DNA from: Caulobacteraceae bacterium
Lineage (GTDB): Bacteria; Pseudomonadota; Alphaproteobacteria; Caulobacterales; Caulobacteraceae
Direction: 5' to 3'
DNA: 64,000 bases
Assembly (NCBI GenBank): GCA_025352165.1
Contig: JANXTX010000110.1
Coordinates: 20-64,019 of the forward strand
Shown: piece by piece, positions 1 to 9,550 of the stretch
Position numbering within the stretch: position 1 is the stretch's first letter
How the letters are laid out: each line of letters begins with the position of its first letter
Translations under genes and position numbers: made by a program
Notes under the pieces: generated by a model
What the model saw: the letters and a program-made list of their open reading frames with translations, nothing else
Told to the model about the DNA's origin: nothing
The model's database searches: none

Positions 1-186
1 TCGTCACCTTCCACCCCGCAACACTCGCTACCAGGCGGGCGCTACCCCTTACCTGCGCTGGACTTCCTCCAGCTGGATCGCGCCAGCTTGCCCTGACGCA
101 CGGAAGCCGGCGGTCCGGCGGAGGGGCAATACTGGGTCAACGGCCTTGCAGAGGTCTACTCTGCACAAGAAGGACTCTTTTGACGG

Positions 187-891
187 CTAGCTTTCAAACT
201 CGAGCCAGATGGCTTTTTCCTTCATCTCCGCGGCCACGAACTGGCGGTGGGCGTTGAGGTCGGCGGGTGACAGGCGGGGTGGGAGCGGTCTGGAGCGCGG
301 GCCGTAGACGGCGCGGGTGTCCGTGCCGCGGGGTTGTCGTGATTGAACCGTGGTGAGATCAAGTGCTGTTTCCCGTCCGCCCCTGAGCTCGAGGTAAACG
401 TCCGCCAACAGACGGGCGTCGATAAGGGCGCCGTGCTTGTCGCGTTCCGCCAGTGACACCTTGAATCGTTTGCACAACGCATCCAGCGAGTTGTGCATGC
501 CCGGAAACCGCTTTTGGGCAAGCGCGAGGGTGTCGACCCAGCGTTCCGGTTCCGGGCAGGGGCGGCTCACCAGTTGCAACTCGTTGTCTATGAACCCCTT
601 GTCGAACCGGGCGTTGTGGGCGACGAGGTCGGCGCCGTCGATGAACGCCAGGAATTCGTCAACGACCTCGGCGGCCTCGAACTTCGGCTTGCCGATCAGA
701 AACTCGTTGGAAATGCCGTGCACGCGCTGGGCATCCGGGTCGACCTCGCGCCCCGGATTGATATAGCGGTGAAAGCTACGCCCCGTGGGCAGCAGGTCAT
801 GAAGCTCCACGCAGGCTATTTCAATGATCCGGTGGCCGCCGGCCGGATCGAGGCCGGTCGTTTCGGTGTCGAGGACTATTTCACGGGCCAT
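187..891 (-). CDS. dnaQ: DNA polymerase III subunit epsilon (proofreading 3'-5' exonuclease)
   Basis: 234-aa ORF with DEDDh exonuclease motifs (LDTETTGL, HNARFD, HGALIDARLLADVY). Sits in the conserved dnaQ-coaE-aroE-maf context. Confidence 0.9.
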   Translation of the reverse strand: MAREIVLDTETTGLDPAGGHRIIEIACVELHDLLPTGRSFHRYINPGREVDPDAQRVHGISNEFLIGKPKFEAAEVVDEFLAFIDGADLVAHNARFDKGFIDNELQLVSRPCPEPERWVDTLALAQKRFPGMHNSLDALCKRFKVSLAERDKHGALIDARLLADVYLELRGGRETALDLTTVQSRQPRGTDTRAVYGPRSRPLPPRLSPADLNAHRQFVAAEMKEKAIWLEFES

Positions 892-897
892 GGAGCG

Positions 898-1503
898 TCA
901 CCTGCCTGCCGGGGGAGAAGATCGCAAGGTCGTCAGGATGTTATCCACCTGATCGCGCGCCGACTGTAGCCCGTTTCCTGTGTGGATCACGAAATCGGCC
1001 CTGCCGCGCTTTTCCTCATCAGGCATCTGCGCCGCCAGAATGGCGTCCAGCTTTGCTTCCGTCATGCCTGGGCGGGCCAGTACGCGTTCCCGCTGAAGCG
1101 CCGCCGGCGCCGACACGACGACAACGGCGTCAACGTTCTTCTCACCTCCGGTCTCCAGCAGCAGTGGCACGTCGAGCACGACCATCGGCGTGTCATTGTC
1201 CCGCGCGCGCTGAAAGAAGGCCTGCCGCGCGGCGCCCATCATTGGCCAGACGATCTGGTTCAGGCGCTCCAGCGCTTCGGGTTTTCCCAGAACGCGGTCT
1301 CCGAGAAGTCCCCGGTCGATGGACCCATCCCGGGTGACACCAGGAAACACCGCCTCGATCGGGTCAACAGCCGCGCCGCCCCTGGTGTAGAGCGCCCTGA
1401 CTTCGGCGTCCGCATCATATACGGGTACGCCCCGCTCTTCGAACATCTGGGCGGTCGTGGACTTGCCCATGCCGATCGATCCGGTCAGTCCGATCACGAT
1501 CAT
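898..1503 (-). CDS. coaE: dephospho-CoA kinase
   Basis: 201 aa with an N-terminal P-loop [12 protein letters not shown]. Its start overlaps the aroE stop by 4 nt. Confidence 0.88.
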   Translation of the reverse strand: MIVIGLTGSIGMGKSTTAQMFEERGVPVYDADAEVRALYTRGGAAVDPIEAVFPGVTRDGSIDRGLLGDRVLGKPEALERLNQIVWPMMGAARQAFFQRARDNDTPMVVLDVPLLLETGGEKNVDAVVVVSAPAALQRERVLARPGMTEAKLDAILAAQMPDEEKRGRADFVIHTGNGLQSARDQVDNILTTLRSSPPAGR

Positions 1504-2357
1504 TCGCTGATCTCCAACGCCGACAAGGCGAATCGCCTGACATCGATAGCGGGCGGCGGCATGCCAAAGAAGGCCTCAAAGCTTGGCGCGGCCTGGCCGA
1601 TCAGCATCGCCAATCCGTCGACCGTGGCAAGTCCCGCGCCTTTGGCGTGCTCGAGGAATTCGGTTCTCAGCGGCCGGTAGATCATGTCCAGCACCACGGC
1701 CTGGCGGGCGAGCCGATCCCAAGGGATGCTGATGGAGCCAACACCGTGCAGTCCAAGCGTCGTTGCGTTGATGACCAGGCTTGCATCGCCAAGCGCCGCC
1801 GCGACATCATCCCAGGTACAGAGCCGGCTGCGTGAGCCGAGAACTTCGAGCAGCGCGCCGCCGCGCTCGACCGACCGGTTGACGACAATGATTTCCGGCG
1901 CTCCCGCATGCAGCAATGCGGTCGCGGCGCCCCGTGCGGCGCCCCCGGCGCCCAAAATAACGACGGGGCCGGACCTCGGATCGAACATCGGCGCCTGTTC
2001 GGCGCAGGCTGCCAATAGCCCCAGGCCGTCGGTATTGTCGGCAAGGATCTGACCGCCAGGATCGAACACTAATAAGTTGGCCGCTCCGGCCTCCGCCGCG
2101 CGATCACTCACCAAATCGGCGGCGCGCAATGCATCTTCCTTGAAAGGCGCGGTAACGTTCAATCCCCGGATTACGCCGCCACGCAAGCCTTCAATAAACG
2201 CGTTGAAACAGTCCGGCTTCGGGGAGAACGCCACATAGACCGCATCGATCCCCGCCGACGAGATCCAGGCATTGTGAAGAATGGGGCTCAGTGAATGTCG
2301 AACGGGGTTGCCCGCCACCCCCGCAACAACCGCAGCGCCGGTTGGTTCGATCCTCAT
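1500..2357 (-). CDS. aroE: shikimate dehydrogenase
   Basis: 285 aa with the NTD motif (LADNTDG) and a Rossmann loop ([10 protein letters not shown]). Start overlaps the maf stop by 4 nt. Confidence 0.88.
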   Translation of the reverse strand: MRIEPTGAAVVAGVAGNPVRHSLSPILHNAWISSAGIDAVYVAFSPKPDCFNAFIEGLRGGVIRGLNVTAPFKEDALRAADLVSDRAAEAGAANLLVFDPGGQILADNTDGLGLLAACAEQAPMFDPRSGPVVILGAGGAARGAATALLHAGAPEIIVVNRSVERGGALLEVLGSRSRLCTWDDVAAALGDASLVINATTLGLHGVGSISIPWDRLARQAVVLDMIYRPLRTEFLEHAKGAGLATVDGLAMLIGQAAPSFEAFFGMPPPAIDVRRFALSALEISE

Positions 2358-2947
2358 CGTTGAAGAACGCCTTCGCCGCGAAGGAAGCTGAATAATTCGA
2401 GGACCGAAAGACCCATTATATTGAAGTAGCCCCCCTGCATGTCTTCAAACAGTTGAACGCCTTCACCCTCAACCTGATAGCAGCCAACCGATGAAAGGAT
2501 GCCTGGCATATTTCGATCAAGGTACGCGTCCAGATAGGCATCGCTAACCTGACGCATCGTCAGACGACAAGTCACCAGCTTTTGCCAGACGATTTCCCCA
2601 TCCCGCGCTACCGCCGTGGCGGTCTGCAGCAGATGCACATGGCCGCTGAGCATAGTCAGCCTTTCGCGGGCATCGGTCAGGTTCGCCACCTTGTCATAGG
2701 TGACACCCTGGAATTCCAGGGTCTGGTCAGCCCCAATCACCCACCCAGGCGTGTGCGTTGCCACGTCCAGAGCCTTTGCCCTTGCCAGAGCCTCGGCGAT
2801 ATCCGCCGGCGTGACGCCTGTAGCCAGCAGGCGGGTTTTTTCAGACTGCTCGTCGACGTTTGACGCGATTGCCTGAAATGCAATGCCGGCGTCTTGTAAC
2901 ATTTTCCTTCGGGCGGAACTTTGTGAGGCTAGCGTTATATTGTTCAA
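2354..2947 (-). CDS. maf: Maf-like nucleoside triphosphate pyrophosphatase
   Basis: The Maf N-terminal motif ITLASQSSARRKML begins just after a TTG at 2947..2945, which overlaps the upstream TGA (TTGA coupling). The track ATG at 3046 would overlap the upstream gene by about 100 nt, so I prefer the 197-aa form. Confidence 0.78.
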   Translation of the reverse strand: MNNITLASQSSARRKMLQDAGIAFQAIASNVDEQSEKTRLLATGVTPADIAEALARAKALDVATHTPGWVIGADQTLEFQGVTYDKVANLTDARERLTMLSGHVHLLQTATAVARDGEIVWQKLVTCRLTMRQVSDAYLDAYLDRNMPGILSSVGCYQVEGEGVQLFEDMQGGYFNIMGLSVLELFSFLRGEGVLQR

Positions 2948-3792
2948 CCCAGCACCTCGATTTGTCCTCGGCCATTTGATATTATATTTATCACCGCCGC
3001 AGCTGTTTCTTCCACCGACCGTCGCGTTACATCGATGACCGGCCAACCCTGTCGTTCATACAGACGACGGGCGTTGACGATCTCCGAGCGGACCTTGTCG
3101 GCGTCGACATAACTGCTTTCGCGGGCCTCATTCAGTCCCTTCAGTCGATTTCGCCTGATCTCGACCAGCCGGTCAGGGGCTAGCGTCAATCCTACCACCG
3201 GCGTGCCTTTCAGGTTCATAAGGGCCTCGGGCAGATTTGCGCCGGGGACGAGTGGCACATTGCCGGCGCGTATGCCGCGATGCGCCAGATAGATACAGGT
3301 TGGGGTCTTCGAGGTCCTCGAAACCCCGACAAGAACGACATCCGCCCGCGCGAGGTCCTGTCCGCCCTGGCCGTCATCGTGGCCCAGCGCATACGACAAC
3401 GCGTCCATTCGATTGAAGTAATCGGTGTCCAGCGAATATTGCGCACCGACCTGGGTCGATAGCGGCGCACCGATATAGCGCGTCAGCGCCGAAACGAGCG
3501 GATCTAGCGCCGCTATGCACGGCATATCCAGGCTCTGGCATCCCAACTCGAGGAGTGAGCGCAACTGGGCGTCGACGATCGTGTGAAGAACCACGCCCGG
3601 CGCGTTCGCTATCTCGTCGAGGGCTCGTTCCAATTGCCGCTGCGAGCGCACGAGCGCATAAATGTGCTCGATCGGCAGAACATTGGTGAACCGGGCGCAC
3701 ACGGCCCGCGCCATGGCGTTAAGGGTTTCCCCGGTCGAGTCAGATACCAGGTGAACGTGGAAATAGGTCGCAAGCCTGCCCGACAAAGTCAT
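2944..3792 (-). CDS. pyruvate,phosphate dikinase / PEP synthetase regulatory protein (DUF299 kinase-pyrophosphorylase)
   Basis: 282 aa with the family-typical GVSRTSKTP P-loop-like motif and overall PSRP/PDRP-like sequence. First gene reading away from the origin-like spacer. Confidence 0.82.
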   Translation of the reverse strand: MTLSGRLATYFHVHLVSDSTGETLNAMARAVCARFTNVLPIEHIYALVRSQRQLERALDEIANAPGVVLHTIVDAQLRSLLELGCQSLDMPCIAALDPLVSALTRYIGAPLSTQVGAQYSLDTDYFNRMDALSYALGHDDGQGGQDLARADVVLVGVSRTSKTPTCIYLAHRGIRAGNVPLVPGANLPEALMNLKGTPVVGLTLAPDRLVEIRRNRLKGLNEARESSYVDADKVRSEIVNARRLYERQGWPVIDVTRRSVEETAAAVINIISNGRGQIEVLG

Positions 3793-3820
3793 TGTGTGGT
3801 CTCCAGCGAATTGTCAGTGC

Positions 3821-3829
3821 TGTGGACAA
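3821..3829 (-). promoter_or_regulatory. DnaA box-like 9-mer (rc TTGTCCACA)
   Basis: 8/9 match to TTATCCACA. Confidence 0.4.
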
Positions 3830-3915
3830 CCCGTTGGCCAATTGTATGCGAAAAGTCACGGCGGGGGGGTAGACCCGGGCGTGATTGCAGGCGGACCGCT
3901 CGATCATTCGGACAC

Positions 3916-3924
3916 CGTGGATAA
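3916..3924 (-). promoter_or_regulatory. DnaA box-like 9-mer (rc TTATCCACG)
   Basis: 8/9 match to TTATCCACA. Confidence 0.45.
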
Positions 3925-3945
3925 CTCAGGCCTTGATGAGTCCAC

Positions 3946-3954
3946 TTTTCCACA
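3946..3954 (+). promoter_or_regulatory. DnaA box-like 9-mer (TTTTCCACA)
   Basis: 8/9 match to TTATCCACA. Confidence 0.4.
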
Positions 3955-4024
3955 AACTACTCTGATGGTAACAACCTCATAGACTTAATTCACAATCCCA
4001 ATTTGTCCAGATTCCAGCTCAATC

Positions 4025-4033
4025 TTATCCACT
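4025..4033 (+). promoter_or_regulatory. DnaA box-like 9-mer (TTATCCACT)
   Basis: 8/9 match to TTATCCACA. Confidence 0.45.
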
Positions 4034-4293
4034 GGAATCTTCGGAAATAACGTATTCAGGTCAATACGTTAGCGTATTTCCACAAACAGGCGGCCGATCG
4101 GCCGATGGCCCATCTACATCGGGCAAGCTGTGTCCAGACGCAGGATCAACGCGGGAAATCCGCGGCAATCCCCGCTATTGACCGCCTTATTATCACCTTC
4201 ATAAAAACTTCATTCTTCCTTTAATTTTATGGAGGGCTGTGAACGTTTCATCAGGGGGTTGAGCTAGGCGATGTCCCGGGGTCTAAGACGCCT

Positions 4294-5325
4294 ATGACCC
4301 CGACTTCGCATCCCCGACTATTGGCCTGCCTCGACGGAGAGGTGGCAGACCGCCCGCCGATCTGGTTCATGCGCCAGGCGGGCAGGTCGTTGCCCGAATA
4401 TCGTTTGCTGCGCGAGAAGGCGCCGGACTTCATAGCCTTTTGTCTTAACCCTGAAATGGCGGCGGAAGCGACCTTGCAGCCGGTACGCAGGTTCAATTTT
4501 GACGCCGCGATCGTCTTTGCCGACATCCTTTTAATTCCCCTGGCCCTCGGTCAGAAAGTCTGGTTCGAGGCCGGCGAGGGTCCTCGCCTTGGCGAATTGC
4601 CGGAAATGAGCCGGCTGCGAGATGGGATAGCTCAGGTCGAAGAGATGCTCGCGCCGGTTGGCGAAACGCTCCGGCGGGTCAGGGCGGAACTCGATCCATC
4701 TCGTGCGCTGATAGGGTTCGCCGGAGGTCCCTGGACGGTGGCGACCTATATGCTGGAGGGCCGTGGCGGCGACCGCGCGGCGGCCCGGGCAACAGCGTTC
4801 TCACAGCCGGAACTGGTCGACGGGATCATCGATGTCCTTGTCGAGGCTTCCGCGATTTACCTGGCTATGCAGGTGAGGGCGGGCGCCCAGGTGCTTCAGC
4901 TTTTCGAATCCTGGGCCGAGTTGCTTCCCGAGGATCTCTTCGAGCGCCTGGTGTCCCGGCCGCATGCAAGAATTGTCGCGCGGCTGCGGGAACTTGGCGT
5001 CGATGTGCCCGTCATAGGCTTTCCACGGGGCGCCGGAGCGCTTGTCGAGGAATACGCGTTTGTCGCCAAGGTGAACTGCATAGGGCTGGACGTGCAGGCC
5101 TCGGCAGCTGTTGGACGCCGCCTTCAAGCGAACGGCTGGGCGATCCAGGGCGCTCTGGATCCGTTGCTTTTGCGCGCGGGCGGCGCTGCTATGGAGACCC
5201 GGGTTCGTCAGCTTCTGGATCAGTGGGGCTTAGGACCGTACATCTTCAATCTTGGTCACGGAATTCTCCCCGATACGCCGCTGGCGCATATCGAGCAGGT
5301 CGTTCGCCTGGTGAGTGAACCGTGA
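4294..5325 (+). CDS. hemE: uroporphyrinogen decarboxylase
   Basis: 343 aa with the URO-D signature PIWFMRQAGRSLPEY near the N-terminus. Confidence 0.92.
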   Translation: MTPTSHPRLLACLDGEVADRPPIWFMRQAGRSLPEYRLLREKAPDFIAFCLNPEMAAEATLQPVRRFNFDAAIVFADILLIPLALGQKVWFEAGEGPRLGELPEMSRLRDGIAQVEEMLAPVGETLRRVRAELDPSRALIGFAGGPWTVATYMLEGRGGDRAAARATAFSQPELVDGIIDVLVEASAIYLAMQVRAGAQVLQLFESWAELLPEDLFERLVSRPHARIVARLRELGVDVPVIGFPRGAGALVEEYAFVAKVNCIGLDVQASAAVGRRLQANGWAIQGALDPLLLRAGGAAMETRVRQLLDQWGLGPYIFNLGHGILPDTPLAHIEQVVRLVSEP

Positions 5326-6359
5326 GCACAATACGGCGTAAGGTCGCGGTCGTTCTCTTCAATCTTGGCGGGCCGGATGGCCCCCAGGCCGTGCGGCCGT
5401 TCCTGAAAAATCTGTTCTCCGATCCGTCGATAGTAGGGGCGCCAACGTTCATTCGTAGGCCGTTGGCCGCGTTGATTTCCAGGTTGCGCGAGAATTCGGC
5501 GATACGAAATTACGCCACGATGGGGGGCGCCTCGCCGCTCCTTCCAGAGACGACTGCCCAAGCCGAGGCGCTAGAGGCGGAGTTGAATGAGCGATCCACT
5601 GAATGTGAATTCAAGACCTTTATCGCAATGCGATATTGGGGTCCTTCCACTCAGCAAGCGGCTGACGCGGTAAGGCGCTATCAGCCGGATAAGGTTGTTC
5701 TCCTACCACTCTATCCGCAATACTCGACAGCAACGACGGGATCTTCTCTTGCCGCCTGGCATGAGGCTTATGAGGGCGATTCACAGACATCCTGTTGCTG
5801 GTACGATAATGAACATTTCATTGAGGCTCACGCCCAGCTGATCAAAGCGACATGGGAGGCTGCGGGAAAGCCTCGGGTCCGATTGCTGTTTTCAGCTCAC
5901 GGCCTACCGAAGCGAGTTGTAGCCGGCGGAGACCCCTATCAATGGCAGGTTGAAAACACCTGTGCACGGGTCGCCGACCGGCTTGGCCCGGGTTGGGACT
6001 GGACAATCTGCTATCAGAGCCGTGTCGGCCCGCTGAAATGGATTGGCCCTGCCACTCCGGATGTAATTCGGGCCGCCGGGACCGATGGCATTGGATTGCT
6101 AGTTGATCCGATTGCGTTCGTCTCCGAGCACATTGAGACGCTTGTCGAACTGGACCGTGATTATGCCGAACTGGCGAAGAGTGCTGGTGTCCCGGTCTAT
6201 CTGCGCGTGCCTACGGTGCGGGTGACACCGGTATTCATTCATGGCCTTGCAACGGTGGTTGAACATTCTCTGTCTGGAGATAGGATGCAGGCGGACGGGA
6301 TTCGTTGTCCGGCGGCATTCGGGCGCTGCCCACTGAGTGGTGTGGATCGTGCTGTTTAA
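5322..6359 (+). CDS. hemH: ferrochelatase
   Basis: 345 aa with the LFSAHGLP motif and overall ferrochelatase-like sequence. Start overlaps the hemE stop by 4 nt. Confidence 0.9.
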   Translation: MSTIRRKVAVVLFNLGGPDGPQAVRPFLKNLFSDPSIVGAPTFIRRPLAALISRLRENSAIRNYATMGGASPLLPETTAQAEALEAELNERSTECEFKTFIAMRYWGPSTQQAADAVRRYQPDKVVLLPLYPQYSTATTGSSLAAWHEAYEGDSQTSCCWYDNEHFIEAHAQLIKATWEAAGKPRVRLLFSAHGLPKRVVAGGDPYQWQVENTCARVADRLGPGWDWTICYQSRVGPLKWIGPATPDVIRAAGTDGIGLLVDPIAFVSEHIETLVELDRDYAELAKSAGVPVYLRVPTVRVTPVFIHGLATVVEHSLSGDRMQADGIRCPAAFGRCPLSGVDRAV

Positions 6360-6795
6360 TCTGCTTAGGGGACTGCATATACTCGCGGTTATCGCATGGA
6401 TGGCGGGTTTACTTTATCTGCCGCGGCTATTCGTCTATCATACGAAGGCCGCTCCTGGCTCCGAGCTGGACTCCACATTCCAGATCATGGAAGCAAAGCT
6501 TCTTCAGATCATCATGAATCCCGCTTCGGTCCTGGTTTTTCTGATCGGTGGTGGTCTGGTCTGGTACGATGGTTTCCATAGCGGCTGGAGTTTTCTGCAG
6601 AAGCCATGGTTCCTGATCATGGTCATCGGGGCATTGGCGCTGGCGGGTTGGCATCACGTTCTGGGTAGAGCGAGGAAGGCCCTGGCGGCTGGTCGGCGTG
6701 ATCGCTCCGAGCGCTTCTGGCGAATGACCAATGAGTTGCCATTTCTGTTGGCGATCGTGGTTGTTTTGGCCGCTACCATGAAGATTGGTGGTTAG
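6337..6795 (+). CDS. hemJ: protoporphyrinogen IX oxidase HemJ-type (UPF0093 membrane protein)
   Basis: 152 aa with four predicted TM helices and the conserved HILAVIAWMAGLLYLPRLFVYH motif. GTG start overlaps the hemH 3' end. Confidence 0.78.
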   Translation: MVWIVLFNLLRGLHILAVIAWMAGLLYLPRLFVYHTKAAPGSELDSTFQIMEAKLLQIIMNPASVLVFLIGGGLVWYDGFHSGWSFLQKPWFLIMVIGALALAGWHHVLGRARKALAAGRRDRSERFWRMTNELPFLLAIVVVLAATMKIGG

Positions 6796-7051
6796 AGCGA
6801 TGTTCACAACGCTTGACCGGGTCTTGCCCGTTTGTGTATTGCGCTGACTACCAAGGCGTGGCGGCCTCCGCTCACGCTTTCCCGCCTTCTTTCGGGCTAC
6901 ACACGGTTCTATTGGGAATCGCACCGTGGCCCGCCTCCGCATTGATTTGCCGCTTTGATGCCCGACCAGGGATCGTTTGCGACAATGAACGCTGAATCGC
7001 TCCACGGGACCACTTAATCTCGTCGAGCCCTCCACAGAGCTTGGAATAGCC

Positions 7052-8431
7052 ATGTCTGATGTCATTGATTTTGAAGCCGAACAGGTCGGTGGAAACGAAC
7101 TGGAAGACGGCACGGGAGGCGACTCCGAGCCGACGGAAGCCAGCCGCGCGATAGCCGCGATGGGGCTGACGCGGATGTCGCTCCAAGAGCTGAAAGAAAA
7201 GTCACCAGCTGATCTGCTGGCCTTTGCCGAACAATTCGACATCGAAAACGCAAACACCATGCGCAAGCAGGATATGATGTTTGCGATCCTGAAGGCGTCG
7301 GCTGAAGAAGGCGTCGAGATATTCGGTTCGGGGACGCTTGAGGTCGTTCAGGATGGCTTCGGCTTCCTGCGCAGCCCGGAAGCGAACTATCTGCCAGGTC
7401 CGGACGATATCTATGTGAGTCCGTCGCAAATCCGGCGGTTCGGCCTTCGCACCGGTGATACCGTCGATGGCGGGATTAGGGCGCCCCGGGAAGGCGAGCG
7501 CTACTTCGCTCTGACCAAGGTCGACCAGGTCAACTTCGAAAACCCGGACAATGTCCGGCACAAAGTCCACTTCGACAATCTGACACCGCTGTATCCGGAA
7601 GAGCGGATGGTGATGGAGATCGATGATCCGACATTGAAGGACCGCTCCGGTCGGGTGATCGATATCGTCGCGCCTCTGGGCAAGGGTCAGCGTTGTCTGA
7701 TCGTTGCGCCGCCGCGGGTCGGCAAGACGGTGATGCTGCAAAACATTGCGAAGTCGATCGCTGCAAATCATCCGGATTCTTATCTGATCGTTCTCCTGAT
7801 CGACGAGCGACCGGAAGAAGTCACCGACATGCAGCGGACTGTGCGTGGCGAAGTGATTTCATCGACCTTCGACGAACCAGCCAGCCGTCACGTGCAGGTT
7901 GCCGAAATGGTCATCGAGAAGGCCAAGCGACTGGTCGAACACAAGCGCGACGTGGTGATTCTGCTGGATTCGGTTACCCGTCTTGGGCGCGCCTACAACA
8001 CGACCGTCCCGTCGTCAGGAAAAGTGCTTACCGGTGGTGTGGATGCGAACGCGCTGCAGAAGCCCAAGCGTTTCTTCGGCGCCGCGCGGAACATTGAGGA
8101 AGGCGGCTCCCTGACAATCATCGCCACGGCGCTGATCGACACCGGCAGCCGTATGGACGAAGTGATCTTTGAAGAGTTCAAAGGCACCGGCAACTCGGAA
8201 ATTGTGCTTGATCGCAAGGTCGCTGACAAGCGCATCTTCCCGGCCATCGACGTATTGAAATCCGGAACCAGAAAGGAAGAGCTGATCACGCCGCGGGATC
8301 AGCTGCAGAAGACCTTCGTTCTGCGCCGTATTCTCAATCCGATGGGACCGCAGGACGCCATCGAGTTCCTGCTCGACAAATTGCGCTCGTCCAAGAACAA
8401 CGCCGACTTCTTCCAGTCCATGAACACATAG
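7052..8431 (+). CDS. rho: transcription termination factor Rho
   Basis: 459 aa with Walker A APPRVGKT and the canonical N-terminal helix bundle beginning at [15 protein letters not shown]. About 40 acidic residues precede that motif, so an alternative ATG at 7175 is possible. Confidence 0.93.
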   Translation: MSDVIDFEAEQVGGNELEDGTGGDSEPTEASRAIAAMGLTRMSLQELKEKSPADLLAFAEQFDIENANTMRKQDMMFAILKASAEEGVEIFGSGTLEVVQDGFGFLRSPEANYLPGPDDIYVSPSQIRRFGLRTGDTVDGGIRAPREGERYFALTKVDQVNFENPDNVRHKVHFDNLTPLYPEERMVMEIDDPTLKDRSGRVIDIVAPLGKGQRCLIVAPPRVGKTVMLQNIAKSIAANHPDSYLIVLLIDERPEEVTDMQRTVRGEVISSTFDEPASRHVQVAEMVIEKAKRLVEHKRDVVILLDSVTRLGRAYNTTVPSSGKVLTGGVDANALQKPKRFFGAARNIEEGGSLTIIATALIDTGSRMDEVIFEEFKGTGNSEIVLDRKVADKRIFPAIDVLKSGTRKEELITPRDQLQKTFVLRRILNPMGPQDAIEFLLDKLRSSKNNADFFQSMNT

Positions 8432-8454
8432 GCATGGCCAATGGCGCCTGATTC

Positions 8455-8486
8455 GGGCTGGCGCACGTCTGATTGCCAGCCCGTTT
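8455..8486 (+). terminator. possible intrinsic terminator after rho
   Basis: Perfect 8-bp GC stem (GGGCTGGC at 8455-8462 and GCCAGCCC at 8475-8482) followed by GTTT. The T-tract is short. Confidence 0.35.
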
Positions 8487-8499
8487 CATGCATCCTCGC

Positions 8500-9192
8500 C
8501 TAAAGGGCGCGTTTGAATAGCGATAGCGTCCGTGTCCAGGCCAGATCAGCAGACTCGGCGTTGTAGTGTTCCCCACCCATGCGGGCGAAGGCATGGTCCT
8601 GGCCCGGGTACTTGTAGAGCTGCACGCCAGGGCGGCCGCCGAGTTTGGCGACGATGTCGGCTTGCGCTTCCTTGGGGACGAACTGGTCTTCTTCGGCGAT
8701 ATGCAGCACCAGCGGCGTCGTCAGGCTATCGGCTTCCGCCGTAAAGCGCTCGATACCGACGCCATAATAGCCGACCGCGGCGTCGACATCTGTCCGGGTT
8801 GCGGTGAGGTAGGCCAGCAGTCCGCCGAGACAGAAGCCCACTGATCCCACTTTGCCCGAGCATGCGGGGTGCGCCCGGGCCGCGGATATTGTCGCGGCAA
8901 GGTCGCGAACGCCACTATCGACATCAAACGCATTGTAGAGTTCGAAAGCGCGTTTCCATTCGGCCTCGCTGCCGTCGGTTATGTCGATGCCTGGCTCGAT
9001 CCGCCAGAAGAGGTCTGGACAAATGGCGATGAAACCGGCCGCCGCGAACTTGTCGGCGATGGCGCGCATCACGGCATTGACCCCGAAAATCTCCTGGATG
9101 ACCACGATGGCCGGCGCCTTGGCTTGGCGTGGTCTGGCGACATAGGCGGCAAATTCGCCGCCGGCGGTCTGGATGGTCATGTTTTCGGCCAT
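8500..9192 (-). CDS. dienelactone hydrolase family protein
   Basis: 230 aa with the nucleophile motif GFCLGG and overall carboxymethylenebutenolidase-like sequence. Confidence 0.82.
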   Translation of the reverse strand: MAENMTIQTAGGEFAAYVARPRQAKAPAIVVIQEIFGVNAVMRAIADKFAAAGFIAICPDLFWRIEPGIDITDGSEAEWKRAFELYNAFDVDSGVRDLAATISAARAHPACSGKVGSVGFCLGGLLAYLTATRTDVDAAVGYYGVGIERFTAEADSLTTPLVLHIAEEDQFVPKEAQADIVAKLGGRPGVQLYKYPGQDHAFARMGGEHYNAESADLAWTRTLSLFKRAL

Positions 9193-9295
9193 GATGGGGA
9201 TCGTCCTCGACTTTGCTTCAAAAACTGCATCACATTGGCTTGTGCCTGCGCGAAAGGCTCATAACAGTTCTCTCATTCGAAAGGAGTCCGTGTCG

Positions 9296-9550
9296 ATGAA
9301 AGCCAAGCTGGAAGTTGATTGCACCCCCGCGGAAGCGCGCGCCTTCCTTGGTCTGCCCGATGTCACATCGCTCAATGATCACATGGTGAAGGAGATCAAG
9401 GCGCGGATGGACGCCAACATGGCGATGGTTGCCCCGGAGGAGCTGGTGAAGAGCTGGATGACTTTCGGCGGTCAGGCGTCCGAGCAATTCATGAAGCTGA
9501 TGACGGCAGCGACGGCCGGCGCGCGCTCGGGTTCCGCAAAGGGAACATGA
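9296..9550 (+). CDS. small conserved hypothetical protein
   Basis: 84-aa ORF preceded by AAAGGAG (9281-9287). Its stop overlaps the mnmE ATG (ATGA). No family recognised. Confidence 0.5.
   Translation: MKAKLEVDCTPAEARAFLGLPDVTSLNDHMVKEIKARMDANMAMVAPEELVKSWMTFGGQASEQFMKLMTAATAGARSGSAKGT

Larger units (their letters stand above)
3793..4293. other. candidate chromosomal replication origin (oriC)
   Basis: 501-bp non-coding gap between divergent genes, next to hemE as in Caulobacter-type origins. Contains four 8/9 DnaA boxes, three GANTC sites, a 9-bp inverted repeat (4048-4071) and the most AT-rich stretch in the window (about 4187-4230). Confidence 0.6.

Noticed and set aside
1-186. Possible gene end or ncRNA downstream of dnaQ, including a 7-bp hairpin at 147-165
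   Set aside because: An open frame ends near position 96, but the peptide matches nothing I recognise. The hairpin lacks a T-tract on the dnaQ strand. Evidence is insufficient for any call.
3793-4293. CtrA boxes (TTAA-N7-TTAA) in the origin-like spacer
   Set aside because: I checked each TTAA (3985 and 4221) and neither has a TTAA partner 11 bp away. CtrA control of this origin is therefore not claimed.
6427-7266. 279-aa minus-strand ORF spanning hemJ, the rho leader and the rho 5' end
   Set aside because: It overlaps two well-supported genes in antisense. The translation is Ser/Arg-rich with no motifs.
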